Positions 35,020-35,177 of a stretch of DNA of 35,177 nucleotides are shown here, in pieces. The notes below the pieces were generated by a model. It was not told the DNA's origin and did no database searches. It saw only the letters and a program-made list of their open reading frames with translations. The stretch's first letter is position 1. Every line of letters starts with the position of its first letter. The DNA is from a virus (taxonomy: Duplodnaviria > Caudoviricetes), in the IMG/VR virus record IMGVR_UViG_3300030207_003146, positions 1 through 35,177 of that record; one strand, given 5' to 3'. The position numbers and the translations under genes were made by a program.

Positions 35020-35177
35020 ATGGCATATACACAACAATGGGGTTTAAATAGAGAAAGCTCTAACGATAGTATTTCCGCGGGTAAAGCTTGGCAAAAAATG
35101 AAAGCAGGTTATCTTAAAAAACCAGGTGGAAAAGATGAATGGAACAGAGAAAAAAACGAGTTTTATTACGATACAGA
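35020..35177 (+). CDS. Hypothetical protein, 3'-truncated by the window edge
   Basis: ATG at 35020 after an A-rich leader, open to the window end: MAYTQQWGLNRESSNDSISAGKAWQKMKAGYLKKPGGKDEWNREKNEFYYDT. Confidence 0.7.
   Translation, partial: MAYTQQWGLNRESSNDSISAGKAWQKMKAGYLKKPGGKDEWNREKNEFYYDT

Noticed and set aside
1-35177. Stop-codon reassignment as in some crAss-like phages
   Set aside because: Genes are long and uninterrupted in the standard code, and TAG (3552-3554) and TGA (1176-1178) act as stops at overlapping gene junctions.
1-35177. CRISPR arrays, tRNAs, integrase/transposase, introns/inteins, diversity-generating retroelement repeats
   Set aside because: Intergenic gaps are too short for such elements, and I saw no spaced repeats, reverse transcriptase, recombinase or intein motifs by eye. 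A computational scan was not possible.

Overview
AT-rich, densely packed segment of a tailed dsDNA phage with all real genes on the + strand. Start contexts lack Shine-Dalgarno sequences and the gene order is podovirus-like, which suggests a Bacteroidota/Flavobacteria phage reminiscent of Cellulophaga phi38:1-like and crAss-like relatives (recognition from memory, no search run). The window holds the morphogenesis module: small putative virion proteins, a zincin protease, a GTA-type holin, a tandem GroES-like protein, putative TerS, TerL, portal, scaffold, major capsid, ring/adaptor proteins, a two-gene tail stabilisation ('muzzle') protein, a GNAT-like protein, three putative ejection proteins, and an envelope-protein cluster. 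The highlight is the 3171-aa putative ejection protein, which reads as a polyprotein. It carries a zincin HExxH protease, then an ECF sigma-70 region-2-like segment, a possible His-Me-finger-like segment and an intact HAD phosphatase. These are separated by a recurring [KR]-[AK]-S-K-K-[LVI] motif, suggesting a self-processing injected effector cassette. Two small genes missed by the ORF track (1023..1178, 33517..33594) and a 3'-truncated gene (35020..) were found by manual reading.
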